DNA of 64,000 nucleotides from Robinsoniella sp. (GTDB lineage Bacteria; Bacillota; Clostridia; Lachnospirales; Lachnospiraceae): NCBI GenBank assembly GCA_022788205.1, contig JALEVQ010000081.1, positions 27,278 to 91,277 of the forward strand, read 5' to 3'. Shown piece by piece: positions 9,338 to 19,584 of this stretch (position 1 is its first letter; each line of letters starts with the position of its first letter). The notes under the pieces were generated by a model. It saw only the letters and a program-made list of their open reading frames with translations, ran no database searches and was not told where the DNA came from. The position numbers and the translations under genes were made by a program.

Positions 9338-9889
9338 TTACTGTTCCAGATATTTCTTGCGCCCTAACTCATACAGGTTATTGCCTTCACAGTCAATAAT
9401 TACAACCAGCGGCATTTCCTCCACATACAGTTTTCTCAGAGCCTCTGCTCCCAGATCCTCGTATGCTATCAGCTCTGCACTTTTGATACATTTTGCGAGA
9501 AGTGCGCCTGCCCCTCCGATTGCTCCAAAGTAGACACCGCTATATTTTTTCATCGCTTCCACCACTTCTGGAAGGCGAGCTCCTTTTCCAATCATACCTC
9601 TTGCACCTACTGACATCATTGTCGGCGCATAGGCATCCATACGACCGCTGGTCGTCGGACCTGCTGATCCGATCACCTGACCTGGTTTTGCAGGCGTTGG
9701 TCCAACGTAATAGATCGTCGCATCGGTCGGGTCAAAAGGAAGTTTTTCTCCTCTTGCCAGCGCCTCACACATTCTCTTATGTCCCGCATCACGAGAAGTA
9801 TAAATGGTGCCTGTCAAATATACGGTATCGCCTGCGTGGAGTGTCTTTGCCAATTCTTCTGTCAATGGCAGTGTAACATGTTTTTCCAT
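9338..9889 (-). CDS. class I (Fe-S) fumarate hydratase, beta subunit (FumB/TtdB-like)
   Basis: 183 aa. The sequence IYTSRDAGHKRM...IYYVGPTPAKPGQVIGSAGPTTS is typical of the Fe-S hydro-lyase beta chain. Confidence 0.8.
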   Translation of the reverse strand: MEKHVTLPLTEELAKTLHAGDTVYLTGTIYTSRDAGHKRMCEALARGEKLPFDPTDATIYYVGPTPAKPGQVIGSAGPTTSGRMDAYAPTMMSVGARGMIGKGARLPEVVEAMKKYSGVYFGAIGGAGALLAKCIKSAELIAYEDLGAEALRKLYVEEMPLVVIIDCEGNNLYELGRKKYLEQ

Positions 9890-9890
9890 C

Positions 9891-10733
9891 TTAGATCACC
9901 TCCGTTTTGTGGCGTGTCACATGGCAGTTGATATTGATGGCGCACGGCATACCTGCGATATGAGTCGGCATCGTCTCAATATTCAGACCGATTGCCGTCG
10001 TTTTTCCTCCGAAGCCCTGAGGACCGATGCCCAGCTGATTGATTTTCTCCAGCATCTCTTTCTCCAGATCTGCGTAGAATGGATCCGGGTTGGAAGAGTC
10101 GATCGGGCGCATCAGCGCTTTCTTTGCAAGCAGTGCCGCTTTGTCAAAGGTGCCGCCGATACCTACACCTACCACCATAGGCGGACACGGGTTTGGACCT
10201 GCTGTCTCCACTGTCTCGATGATAAAGTCCTTGATTCCCTGAAGTCCTGCCGATGGCTTGAACATACGGATCGCACTCATATTTTCGCTTCCAAATCCCT
10301 TCGGACCTACTGTTATCTTAATCTGCTCTCCTGGCACAATCTCTGTGTACAGCATTGCCGGGGTATTATCCCCTGTGTTGCCGCGGCGCACTGGATCCTT
10401 CACAACCGATTTTCTCAGATATCCTTTGTCATAGCCACGGCGCACACCTTCATTGACAGCCTCGCTGAGATCTCCGCCGACCATGTGGACATCCTGACCG
10501 ATCTCAAGGAAAACACATGCCATGCCAGTATCCTGGCAAATCGGCACACACTCTGCGTCTGCGATCTCAAAGTTCTCAATGATCTTGTCAAGCACGCCCT
10601 TGGCGATCTCGCCGTCCTCGCAGGCACGGCAGTCCCGGATGGCACATTTTACATCCTCTGGAAGGTGCTCATTGGCAGCGATACAGAGACGTTCCACAAC
10701 ATCTGTGATCTGCTTTACATCAATTTCACGCAT
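9891..10733 (-). CDS. class I (Fe-S) fumarate hydratase, alpha subunit
   Basis: Contains the CQDTG motif. The start is taken at MREIDVK. It is coupled to the beta subunit. Confidence 0.8.
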   Translation of the reverse strand: MREIDVKQITDVVERLCIAANEHLPEDVKCAIRDCRACEDGEIAKGVLDKIIENFEIADAECVPICQDTGMACVFLEIGQDVHMVGGDLSEAVNEGVRRGYDKGYLRKSVVKDPVRRGNTGDNTPAMLYTEIVPGEQIKITVGPKGFGSENMSAIRMFKPSAGLQGIKDFIIETVETAGPNPCPPMVVGVGIGGTFDKAALLAKKALMRPIDSSNPDPFYADLEKEMLEKINQLGIGPQGFGGKTTAIGLNIETMPTHIAGMPCAININCHVTRHKTEVI

Positions 10734-10748
10734 TTTACACACTCCTCT

Positions 10749-12353
10749 TTATCTTCTTCCATGCTTTGCATATTTTGGCAGCAGCAGTGGAGATACATCG
10801 CCGGTGTGCAGGTCTGCCTGCTCCAGCTCTTTTGCGTACTCTTCAATATGTGACAGAGTCAGATCGCCCAGCTCTACTTCTTTCGCCTTTGCGGCAGCTG
10901 CCTTTCCGGCATTTCTTCCGAATACGATGATATCCAGCAGAGAGTTACCCATCAGACGGTTTCTTCCATGGATTCCTCCGACTGCCTCACCTGCCACCAG
11001 CAGATTGTCGATTGCCTTTGTAAAGCCGTCTCCTCCGATCTCCAGTCCTCCGTTCTGATAGTGCAGAGTCGGATATACCAGAATCGGCTGCTTTCTCATA
11101 TCAATGTCATAGTTCAGATACATACGCATCATTGCCGGGATACGTTTTTCGATGGTTCCTTCTCCTCCGATCATCTCAATCATCGGGGTATCCAGCCATA
11201 CACCGCTTCCCAGAGGTGTTGTCACGCCCTTATTTCTCGCAGTACACTCACGGATGATGGAAGCCGCTGCGACATCACGCGTCTCCAGAGGATGCATAAA
11301 TGCCTCACCCTCTACATTGACCAGCATAGCTCCAAGAGAACGTACCTTCTCTGTCACCAGAGCGCCGAAGATCTGTGCCGGATATGCCACACCGGTAGGA
11401 TGATACTGAATCGTATCCTGATACAGAAGTGGTGCGCCTGCGCGGTATCCTAAAATCAATCCGTCGGCTGTGGCACCATAATGGTTCGATGTTGCAAAAT
11501 TCTGATAATGCAGACGACCTGCTCCTCCTGTCGCAATGATGACGGTCTTTGCTCTTGCGACCAGATAATCCTCTGTCTCCATATTCAGAAGGACAGCACC
11601 TGCTACCTGACCTTTCTCATCTTTGATCAATTCCACAGCGGAGGTAAACTCTACCACTGGAATCTGGCGATTCAGCACTTCATCGCGCAGCGTTCTCATG
11701 ATCTCTGCTCCGGAATAATCCTTGCAGGCATGCATTCTCTTTCTGGAAGTTCCGCCGCCGTGTGTCGTCACCATGTTTCCCTCAGCGTCTTTATCAAACA
11801 TAACACCCAGATCATTCAGCCACTGGATTGCATCCGGTGCTTCCATGACCAGTCTGCGCAGAAGCTCCGGTCTTGCGGCAAAATGTCCGCCGCCGAATGC
11901 ATCCAGATAATGCTGTACCGGAGAATCATTTTCCTTGTCTGCCGCCTGAATGCCGCCCTCTGCCATCATCGTGTTGGCATCGCCGATACGCAGCTTGGTG
12001 ACAATCATAACCTTTGCGCCTGCCTCATGTGCTTCAATCGCTGCGGATGCGCCTGCGCCGCCGCCGCCGATCACCAGGACATCCACATCATAATCTACTT
12101 TTGTCAGATCAATGTTCTCATTCAGCAGACGGCTGTTTGAGTGCAGCAGATGAGTCAGCTCTGCCGGTGCTTTCTGTCCTTTGTTCGGTCCGATTTTAAT
12201 CTCTTCAAATCCGTCCTCGCGGTAGTCCGGATGGTATTCCTTCAGAAGGGCATCTTTCTCATCCGCAGTCATGCGTCTCGGTTCCATGCCCATACGTTCT
12301 GCTCTTGTCGCCTCCACCTTTTTGATGGATTCCAGCATTTCCGGTGTAAACAT
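10749..12353 (-). CDS. fumarate reductase / succinate dehydrogenase flavoprotein subunit (soluble type, about 95-aa N-terminal extension)
   Basis: Contains the FAD GxGxxG LVIGGGGAGASAA, the RMHACKDYSGAEIMR motif, and HPTG and HYQNGG motifs characteristic of Frd/Sdh flavoproteins. Confidence 0.8.
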   Translation of the reverse strand: MFTPEMLESIKKVEATRAERMGMEPRRMTADEKDALLKEYHPDYREDGFEEIKIGPNKGQKAPAELTHLLHSNSRLLNENIDLTKVDYDVDVLVIGGGGAGASAAIEAHEAGAKVMIVTKLRIGDANTMMAEGGIQAADKENDSPVQHYLDAFGGGHFAARPELLRRLVMEAPDAIQWLNDLGVMFDKDAEGNMVTTHGGGTSRKRMHACKDYSGAEIMRTLRDEVLNRQIPVVEFTSAVELIKDEKGQVAGAVLLNMETEDYLVARAKTVIIATGGAGRLHYQNFATSNHYGATADGLILGYRAGAPLLYQDTIQYHPTGVAYPAQIFGALVTEKVRSLGAMLVNVEGEAFMHPLETRDVAAASIIRECTARNKGVTTPLGSGVWLDTPMIEMIGGEGTIEKRIPAMMRMYLNYDIDMRKQPILVYPTLHYQNGGLEIGGDGFTKAIDNLLVAGEAVGGIHGRNRLMGNSLLDIIVFGRNAGKAAAAKAKEVELGDLTLSHIEEYAKELEQADLHTGDVSPLLLPKYAKHGRR

Positions 12354-12365
12354 GATTATCCCTCC

Positions 12366-13040
12366 TTATTTTTCAATCTCCCTGTTGTTGTAAAGTTCCT
12401 GCATCTCAGAGATCGGTTTGTTCATAATCTGCTCGATCATCTCGTCATATGCGCCGTGATGGATTTCCTCCACACGCTTCTCAAGATGTTCTGTCTTCGG
12501 TGCAATGTATTTTCCTGTGAGACGTCTCGCCAGAAGTCCCACCATCGGATGAGAGATTCCTGCCGGGCAGCGCACGGTACAGCATCCGCATCCCACACAG
12601 TCAAACGATTCTTCTGCACATTTTTCCAATTCCCCTCTCTGAGCGTATGCGATATACTGCATAACATTCAGATTCTGGGTACATGCCTTCGTACATGCGT
12701 TGCATCCAATGCAGCTGTAGATTTCTGGGTACAGCTCCATCATCACCTGCTGATTTGGTTTGATTTCATTGATATCGTAAGTTCTCTTGTCAGTCGGGAA
12801 GAACGGGATACTTGCCACATACATTCCCTCCTCCACCTGTGTCTGGCAGGCAAGGCATGTCTTGAGTTCATTCTTTCCCTTGATTCGGTAGATCGTCGCA
12901 CATGCTCCGCAGAAGCCGTGACGGCAGCCGCAGCCGCGCTTCAATGTGTAGCCGGCATACTCCATAGCTGTCATGATGGTCAGATCGGCCGGGACACTGT
13001 ATTTCTTACCGAAAAAATATACATTTACCATCTTTTCCAT
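12366..13040 (-). CDS. fumarate reductase iron-sulfur subunit (2Fe-2S + 4Fe-4S)
   Basis: Cysteine clusters CGCRHGFCGAC and CIGCNACTKAC...CVGCGCCTVRCP. Length is 224 aa. Confidence 0.75.
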   Translation of the reverse strand: MEKMVNVYFFGKKYSVPADLTIMTAMEYAGYTLKRGCGCRHGFCGACATIYRIKGKNELKTCLACQTQVEEGMYVASIPFFPTDKRTYDINEIKPNQQVMMELYPEIYSCIGCNACTKACTQNLNVMQYIAYAQRGELEKCAEESFDCVGCGCCTVRCPAGISHPMVGLLARRLTGKYIAPKTEHLEKRVEEIHHGAYDEMIEQIMNKPISEMQELYNNREIEK

Positions 13041-13095
13041 AATGCTTTTTCCTTTCTTTTTCCTCGCAGCGCATTTTCCATCTGCTCAGAGTTTA

Positions 13096-13950
13096 TCAAT
13101 ATTCATTTGGAAGCTCATCGATCTCATCAAAACGGAACACTGGACCGTCCTTGCAGACATACTTAGATCCGATGTTGCAGCGGCCACATTTTCCGATACC
13201 GCATTTCATGCGCAGCTCCAATGTCGTATATACCTGCTCACTGGTAAAGCCAAGCTCTGTCAGCCCAGCCAGCACAAATTTGATCATGATTGGCGGTCCG
13301 CACACCAGTGCCGTCTTGTCGGTAGAGAAACCAAGTTCTTTTACATAGTTTGGAACGAATCCGACATGACCGTCCCATCCCTCCTGCTCGCGGTCGATGG
13401 TCAGGTAGACATTTACGCCCTCAGTCTTCATCCAGACTTCCTGGATCTCTTTGAGCTGTACCAGGTCATCTGCCGAGCGGGAACCGTAGACAATATCTAC
13501 CGTTCCATAATTCTGACGGTTGTCCAGCACATAATTGATGACAGAGCGCAGAGGTGCCAGTCCGATACCTCCAGCGATGAACAGCAGGTTTTTGCCTTTC
13601 AGCTCTGTCTCCACCGGGAAATAGTTGCCGTACGGTCCGCGGACTGTGATCTCATCTCCCACCTGGAGACTATGCAGATACTCCGTCAGCATACCGCATT
13701 TTTTAATGCTGAATTCCTGATACTCTTTATTTGTCGGGGATGAGGTAATGGAAAACATACCCTCGCTGATGCCAGGTGCGCACACCATCGCGCACTGTCC
13801 AGGCATATGCTCAAACAGCTTGCCTCCCTCCGGGGCATTGACACGGAATGTCTTGACATCCGGTGTCTCCTCGCGAATGTCCGTGATGACTCCTACCATC
13901 GGAATCAGCGTATCTCTTTTATAATTTTCATGACAAGTACATTCACACAT
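13096..13950 (-). CDS. FAD/NAD(P)-binding oxidoreductase with C-terminal 2Fe-2S (AsrB / sulfhydrogenase-gamma / FlxA-like)
   Basis: Ferredoxin-NADP reductase-like fold with RGPYGN and GGIGLAP, and a C-terminal CGIGKCGRCN cluster. Confidence 0.65.
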   Translation of the reverse strand: MCECTCHENYKRDTLIPMVGVITDIREETPDVKTFRVNAPEGGKLFEHMPGQCAMVCAPGISEGMFSITSSPTNKEYQEFSIKKCGMLTEYLHSLQVGDEITVRGPYGNYFPVETELKGKNLLFIAGGIGLAPLRSVINYVLDNRQNYGTVDIVYGSRSADDLVQLKEIQEVWMKTEGVNVYLTIDREQEGWDGHVGFVPNYVKELGFSTDKTALVCGPPIMIKFVLAGLTELGFTSEQVYTTLELRMKCGIGKCGRCNIGSKYVCKDGPVFRFDEIDELPNEY

Positions 13951-14990
13951 TATTCTTCACCTCCCTGTTTCTGAAAGGATTTGATTACTTTTACGATATT
14001 GAGCGAAGCCGGGCATTTCTCTACACAGCGACCGCATCCGACACAGGAATACATCCCATCATTGTTTGCCGGGAAATACACCAGCTTGTGCATAAATCTC
14101 TGGCGGAAACGCTGCATCTGGCTTGTACGGTTATTGCCGTGTGCCATCATCGTGAAATCCGAGTACATGCAGGAATCCCAGCAGCGATACCGCTGAATTC
14201 CATGTCCAGTGTCATAATCCTTGATGTCATAGCACTGGCAAGTAGGACACACAAACGTACAGGTGCCACATGCGAGACATGGCTTGTACAGCTCCTCCCA
14301 TATTTTTGAATTAAATTTTTCGGTGAGTGCCTCCCCGTTCCAGCCTTCCAGTGAAAGATGGCTGTACGGAAGTTTCTCCACGATAGTGCGGATCGCTGCC
14401 TTTTCTTTTTCTACAGTTTCCTCATCTGTCTCATCCGCAGACGTCAGCAAACTCTCCACAGAAGCGGTCAGCTTCTCGCCCTTTTCGGTCATTGCCTTCC
14501 AGTAAAGGTTCTCTCCCACCATCCAGACAGCCACATCAGCTACCGGTTCTGCACAGTCGGTTCCGAATACCTTACAGAAACACGATTCCTCTGGCTCATG
14601 ACATGCCATTGCCACAATCGTTCCATGCTTTCTCCTTGCTGCGTAGTAAGTGTCTACAGGATCTGCAAGGAAGACACGGTCGAGTACCTGTACTCCCTGC
14701 ACATCACACGCTTTCATGCCAAACACGACAAAATCTCTGTCTTTGAGATTCTCCGGCACAATGGACAGTTTCCTTCCCTCCTTCTGTACGATGTACAGGT
14801 TTTCACTCTGTGGGAAAAAAGCATCCTTTGGGGACTTGACACTCTTTAATGTGTCGAGATCCACCTCTGCCTCCTCTCTCCAGACACCAAAATTTACCTG
14901 ACCGGCGGTGCGCACCGGCAGATACAGCTCCTGCTGTCCTGCAATCATCTGGAATAATGCGGACAGATTTTCTTTTGCTATCTTATACAT
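13950..14990 (-). CDS. Fe-S subunit (AsrA / sulfhydrogenase-beta / FlxB-like)
   Basis: Contains CPTCQC and CVGCGRCVEKCP motifs. Translationally coupled, overlapping by 1 nt. Confidence 0.6.
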   Translation of the reverse strand: MYKIAKENLSALFQMIAGQQELYLPVRTAGQVNFGVWREEAEVDLDTLKSVKSPKDAFFPQSENLYIVQKEGRKLSIVPENLKDRDFVVFGMKACDVQGVQVLDRVFLADPVDTYYAARRKHGTIVAMACHEPEESCFCKVFGTDCAEPVADVAVWMVGENLYWKAMTEKGEKLTASVESLLTSADETDEETVEKEKAAIRTIVEKLPYSHLSLEGWNGEALTEKFNSKIWEELYKPCLACGTCTFVCPTCQCYDIKDYDTGHGIQRYRCWDSCMYSDFTMMAHGNNRTSQMQRFRQRFMHKLVYFPANNDGMYSCVGCGRCVEKCPASLNIVKVIKSFQKQGGEE

Positions 14991-14993
14991 ACA

Positions 14994-15968
14994 TTATCCC
15001 CTCTTTCCTACGATACTCGGCTCCACATCATCGAAGGTGAAGCTTGTAAGTGGTGAATCTGCCTCAGGATCAGCACCTGCCTGATATTCTCCGTAAAACG
15101 TATCGATATCCTTGATAAATTTACGGTTGAACAAATGCAGCGGGATTCCCTGCGGGCAGACACGGCTGCACTCGCCGCAGTCCGTGCATCTGCCAGCGAC
15201 ATGAAACGCACGGATCACATGGAACATTTTTTCCTCAAAGGAGTCCACATTTGCCTTCTGGGAACTGTCAAACTTGTTGCTGTCGAATACACATTTGCGG
15301 CAGCTGCATGCTGGGCAGACATTGCGGCATGCGTTACAGCGGATACATTTGCTCAGCTCATTCTGGAAAAAGGCAAATTTTTCTTCCGGGCTCATCGCCT
15401 CGATGCGCGCCACTTCCTCAAAACGGTCAGCGTCCTTCGTATCTTTTGATTCGCCGATCAGCTCATCATAAATTTTATGCTCTTTTCCCTTGCATACGTG
15501 ACAGCGCTCCAGCATTCCATCTGCGTAGCTGCATGTCTTATCGCCATACAAAGTGTGGATCGTCAGCATTTCAGCATCATCCGAAAGCTGTGCTCCTTCA
15601 ATACTCTCAATGCCTTTGATTCCCTGTTTTCTGATCTTTTCAATATCCAGCTTTCCTTTGCATCCGACACCGATAATGTATGCCTTCTCGCGGTCTACAC
15701 GGTGCTCTTTTAAGAGCTGGTTGAAACTGTATGTGTCACACGGCTTTAAGAAAACCAGAGTTTTTCCCTCCAGTTTGGAAGCCTCTATCATATATTTGCT
15801 TAAATTTGCCCCACAGAATCCGTCATAGACGAAATCTTTCAGAGCCTCTTCTGTCTCAAAGTAAGCCGGTTCCGGATTGTAAGGCAGGTCTCCGGCTTTC
15901 CAGCCGAGCACTCTTGCCACGGTGCCGTCTGCCAGCAATTCCTTTGCGCGCGCTCTCAATTCCTGCAT
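14994..15968 (-). CDS. Fe-S protein, FrhB/FlxC-like (F420-hydrogenase-beta family fold with 2x 4Fe-4S)
   Basis: Contains CIRCNACRNVCP and CTDCGECSRVCP. The N-terminal domain is FrhB-like. Confidence 0.5.
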   Translation of the reverse strand: MQELRARAKELLADGTVARVLGWKAGDLPYNPEPAYFETEEALKDFVYDGFCGANLSKYMIEASKLEGKTLVFLKPCDTYSFNQLLKEHRVDREKAYIIGVGCKGKLDIEKIRKQGIKGIESIEGAQLSDDAEMLTIHTLYGDKTCSYADGMLERCHVCKGKEHKIYDELIGESKDTKDADRFEEVARIEAMSPEEKFAFFQNELSKCIRCNACRNVCPACSCRKCVFDSNKFDSSQKANVDSFEEKMFHVIRAFHVAGRCTDCGECSRVCPQGIPLHLFNRKFIKDIDTFYGEYQAGADPEADSPLTSFTFDDVEPSIVGKRG

Positions 15969-16399
15969 CTTAAATCCCCCAATCTCACGTTCTTGCCAAG
16001 TGAATAGATCTTTTCCACAAATTCATTCATGGTCTGAGAGAATTTCACGCCCTCGGCAGCAGATACCCATTCCACACGGGTACGTCCATTCTCAACACCG
16101 AGATAATCCAGCATCGAGAACAGCAGTGTCATACGTCTTCTCGCATAGTAATTTCCAGTGCTGTAGTGACAGTCTCCTGGATGGCAGCCGCACAGGATGA
16201 CCCCGTCGGCGCCTTTTTCAAATGCGCGCAGAATAAACATTGGATTGACGCGGCAGGAACATGGAACACGGATGATCTTCACATCCGCCGGGTACGTCAG
16301 ACGGCTGCTGCCGGCCAGATCGGCACCCGCATAGCTGCACCAGTTACAGCAGAATGCCACGATTTTCGGTCTAAATTCTTCTTTTGCTTCTATCGACAT
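15956..16399 (-). CDS. mvhD: MvhD/FlxD-like methyl-viologen-reducing hydrogenase delta subunit homolog
   Basis: Classic MvhD cysteine pattern: IVAFCCNWCSYAGADLAG, IRVPCSCRVNP and ILCGCHPGDCHY. The start is taken at MSIEAK; the ORF-track start is a GTG. Confidence 0.75.
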   Translation of the reverse strand: MSIEAKEEFRPKIVAFCCNWCSYAGADLAGSSRLTYPADVKIIRVPCSCRVNPMFILRAFEKGADGVILCGCHPGDCHYSTGNYYARRRMTLLFSMLDYLGVENGRTRVEWVSAAEGVKFSQTMNEFVEKIYSLGKNVRLGDLRCRN

Positions 16400-18387
16400 A
16401 TTGCATCCACCTCCGCGATAATCTGTCTGTTGGAGAATCCTTGCAGGTCCATCGCTCCGGAAGGACATGCAACGGTACAAGCACCGCAGCCCTGGCACAG
16501 AGCATTGTTGACAACTGCCACACGACGTACCTCTCGAATTCCATGGTCATTGACCTGTCGCTCCTCATATGTGATTGCACCGTACGGGCAGACATTTGCA
16601 CACGTCGAGCAGCCGTTGCACAGCAGCTCATCAGACTGAGCCGTACATGGGTTTGTCATCAGGCGGTCTTTTGCCAGCAGTCCGATCGCCTTGACAGCTG
16701 CCGCACCTGCCTGAGCAACGGTCTCAGGGATATCTTTTGGTCCCTGGCAGACACCTGACAGGAAAATACCCGCGGTAGGAGACTCTACAGGGCGCAGCTT
16801 TGCATGTGCCTCTGTCAGGAAATTGTTGGTATCGATACTTGCAGTCAGCATGGTCGCAATCTTTCTCACATCCGGATTTGGCTCAATCGCTGTGGCAAGC
16901 ACAACCATATCTGCCTCTTTTAAAATCTGACGGTTGTCCAGCAGATCCACACCCTGAACAAGCAGTTTTCCATTTGGCTGCGGCAGAACTTTTCCTACCT
17001 GACCTTTGATATAATTCACTCCATATTGCTCTACTGCTCTGCGGTAGAATTCATCAAAATTCTTTCCCGGAGTACGCACATCAATGTAAAATACCGTGTC
17101 ATTGACATCCGGATATTTGTCGCGGATCAGCATCGCATGTTTTGCTGTATACATACAGCAGATTTTCGAGCAGTAACTCTTTCCTCTGTCGTCTGAACAG
17201 CGGCTTCCGACGCACTGAATGAAGACCATCTCTTTTGGCGCTTTTCCATCGGAGAGGCGCTCTAAGTGACCCTTGGTCGGTCCTGCCGCATTCATGATAC
17301 GCTCCAGCTCAAGAGAAGTGATGACATCCTTGCTCTGGCTGTATGCGTATTCGTCATACTTGTCAAGCTTGATCGTGTCAAAACCAGTAGCGACCACAAT
17401 TGCGCCGTACTTCTCTGTCACAATCTCGTCCTTCTGATCGTAGTCGATCGCACCTGCCTGACAAACTTTCGCGCAGACGCCACATTTGCCTGTCTTAAAC
17501 TTGATACAGTGCTCACGGTCAATCACCGGCACATTCGGAATTGCCTGTGCAAACGGCGTGTAGATCGCACTTCTCGTATTCAGTCCGCGGTTAAACTCGC
17601 TTGGTGCCTTCTTGGAAGGACATTTTTCCTGGCACACACCACAACCAGTACACTTATCCATATTCACGCTGCGTGCCTTTTTTCGGATATCGACAGTAAA
17701 GTCACCCACAAAACCAGTTACTTTTTCCACTTCACTGTATGTATAAATCTTAATTTTCTCGTGGGCAGCAGCCTCCACCATCTTTGGTGTCAGGATACAT
17801 GCAGAACAGTCCAGTGTCGGGAACGTTTTGTCCAGCTGGGACATTCTTCCGCCGATACTTGGTGTCTTTTCCACGATATCCACCTCATAGCCTGCATCTG
17901 CGATATCCAATGCTGTCTGGATACCTGCGATTCCGCCGCCAATCACAAGGGCACGTTTTGTGACACGGCTCTCACCTGGCTTCAGAGGAGTATTCAGATT
18001 TACTTTTGCAATCGCTGCTCTTGCAAGGATCACTGCTTTTTTCGTCGCCTCTTCCACATCCTTATGGATCCAGGAACAGTGTTCACGAATATTTGCGATC
18101 TCCACCATGTATGGATTCAGACCTGCACGCTCCGCTGCTTTTCGGAACGTTGTCTCATGCATACGCGGGGAACACGAACACACTACAAGACCGGTCAGTT
18201 TCTTTTCCTGAATTGCCTTTGCAATCAGCGACTGCCCCGCCTCTGAACACATATACTGATAGTCCTCCGCATGAACCACTCCCGGTTCCATGGCAACCAT
18301 CTCTACTACTTTTTTTACATCAACTGTCGCTGCGATATTACTTCCGCAGTGACAGACAAACACACCTATTCTCTGCACGCGGCTCAC
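16390..18387 (-). CDS. hdrA: heterodisulfide reductase subunit A homolog (HdrA; FAD, multiple 4Fe-4S)
   Basis: N-terminal IGVFVCHCGSNI, an FAD fold VIGGGIAGIQTALDIA, and inserted and C-terminal ferredoxin domains. Confidence 0.8.
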   Translation of the reverse strand: MSRVQRIGVFVCHCGSNIAATVDVKKVVEMVAMEPGVVHAEDYQYMCSEAGQSLIAKAIQEKKLTGLVVCSCSPRMHETTFRKAAERAGLNPYMVEIANIREHCSWIHKDVEEATKKAVILARAAIAKVNLNTPLKPGESRVTKRALVIGGGIAGIQTALDIADAGYEVDIVEKTPSIGGRMSQLDKTFPTLDCSACILTPKMVEAAAHEKIKIYTYSEVEKVTGFVGDFTVDIRKKARSVNMDKCTGCGVCQEKCPSKKAPSEFNRGLNTRSAIYTPFAQAIPNVPVIDREHCIKFKTGKCGVCAKVCQAGAIDYDQKDEIVTEKYGAIVVATGFDTIKLDKYDEYAYSQSKDVITSLELERIMNAAGPTKGHLERLSDGKAPKEMVFIQCVGSRCSDDRGKSYCSKICCMYTAKHAMLIRDKYPDVNDTVFYIDVRTPGKNFDEFYRRAVEQYGVNYIKGQVGKVLPQPNGKLLVQGVDLLDNRQILKEADMVVLATAIEPNPDVRKIATMLTASIDTNNFLTEAHAKLRPVESPTAGIFLSGVCQGPKDIPETVAQAGAAAVKAIGLLAKDRLMTNPCTAQSDELLCNGCSTCANVCPYGAITYEERQVNDHGIREVRRVAVVNNALCQGCGACTVACPSGAMDLQGFSNRQIIAEVDAICR

Positions 18388-18773
18388 CTCCTGTATTTAC
18401 GAAATGCACTGACCAGCAGCTGCTGCGGAATCTCGGGATCCAAAAGCTGCGGAATTTCATCCGGAGACAGGTACGTCTCGCCTCTCTGGCGGATCACCAG
18501 CTGTCTTGCCGCATCGATCAGCTTGCCCGGTTTTACATCTCTCGGACAGCGCTCCACACATGCAAAACAGGAAAGACATTTCCACAGAGATTTCGAGTTC
18601 ACCAGTGCTTCCACATCTTCATTCACGATATAGGATACAAACTGATGTGGTTTGATATCCATCTCATTGAATGATGGACAGGAGGCGGAACACTTTCCGC
18701 ATTTCATACATTTCAGCGGGTTGACACCGCTGATTTCTTTAATCAGTTCCGTCTGTTTTTTTACATTATTCAC
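18384..18773 (-). CDS. hdrC: heterodisulfide reductase subunit C homolog (HdrC)
   Basis: Two 4Fe-4S motifs, CMKCGKCSASCP and CLSCFACVERCP. Length is 129 aa. Confidence 0.75.
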   Translation of the reverse strand: MNNVKKQTELIKEISGVNPLKCMKCGKCSASCPSFNEMDIKPHQFVSYIVNEDVEALVNSKSLWKCLSCFACVERCPRDVKPGKLIDAARQLVIRQRGETYLSPDEIPQLLDPEIPQQLLVSAFRKYRR

Positions 18774-19567
18774 AGACTCGTCACCTCCTCTTTCACTCCG
18801 AGCGCTTCTGCTAAAAGCTCTGTGAAATAGTAGACTGGAAGCTTTCCATTTCCGTTAGAATTCAGGTTATACATGCACAGCGGACAGGCTGTGATCAGCA
18901 TCTCTGCCCCAAAACCTTCTGCACTGTCCATAATCTTCTCACACATACTTCCGGAAAGTTCTTTTTCTTTCAGAGAAATATATCCGCCACAGCACTCATT
19001 GCGGTATGGATAAATCACCGGTTCGCCGCCGATGGCACGGATAAAATCTTCCATAATCGTCGGATTCTCCGGATTATCGAATTCCATAATCTTTCCCGGT
19101 CTGAGAAGAAGGCATCCATAATATGCCCCGATCTTTTTCCCCTGAAGTGGGTTAACCACTTTTTTCTTCAGCTCATCAAAACCGACACGGTCGCGGAGCA
19201 CTTCGAGGAAATGAATCACCGTCGTTTCTCCAGCATACGGCTCTTCCAGCTGCATATAGTTGTTCGCCCTTATGCGGATGTCCTCCACGTACTTCATGTC
19301 ATCATTTACACGTTTTATCACATGGTGACACGCAGAACACATCGTCACCAAATCCTGTCCTTTTTCTTTTGCCTCATTCAGCGCACGGACAGAAGACAGT
19401 TTTGTGGCAATCTCATCTGAGCCCAGCGGATACACACCGCCGCAGCACTGCCAGTTTTCTATCTCTTCCAATTCGATATCCAGCGCCAAGGCAGAGGCTC
19501 TGGCATAGTCATCCAGTTTTTTTGCCTTTGTTCTCAGCGTACATCCCGGATAATAGCTGTACTTCAT
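18770..19567 (-). CDS. hdrB: heterodisulfide reductase subunit B homolog (HdrB, two CCG domains)
   Basis: Contains YYPGCT...WQCCGG...CSACHH and YYGCLL...ECCGGY...TACPLC. Confidence 0.8.
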   Translation of the reverse strand: MKYSYYPGCTLRTKAKKLDDYARASALALDIELEEIENWQCCGGVYPLGSDEIATKLSSVRALNEAKEKGQDLVTMCSACHHVIKRVNDDMKYVEDIRIRANNYMQLEEPYAGETTVIHFLEVLRDRVGFDELKKKVVNPLQGKKIGAYYGCLLLRPGKIMEFDNPENPTIMEDFIRAIGGEPVIYPYRNECCGGYISLKEKELSGSMCEKIMDSAEGFGAEMLITACPLCMYNLNSNGNGKLPVYYFTELLAEALGVKEEVTSL

Positions 19568-19584
19568 AATCCTGTCGTCCTTTC

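Noticed and set aside
9804-10853. 349-aa plus-strand ORF
   Set aside because: Lies entirely antisense to the fumarase alpha and beta genes. It is Cys/His/Arg-rich with no motifs, so it is a shadow ORF of a well-supported minus-strand gene.
12141-13166. 341-aa plus-strand ORF
   Set aside because: Antisense to the frdA/frdB junction. It has no recognisable domain.
16390-16498. N-terminal 33 residues of the MvhD ORF-track call (GTG start)
   Set aside because: They overlap the hdrA C-terminus. The conserved MvhD sequence begins at MSIEAK, so the start was moved to about 16399.
17266-18246. 326-aa plus-strand ORF
   Set aside because: Antisense to hdrA. It is low-complexity, Cys-rich and lacks an RBS, so it is a shadow ORF.
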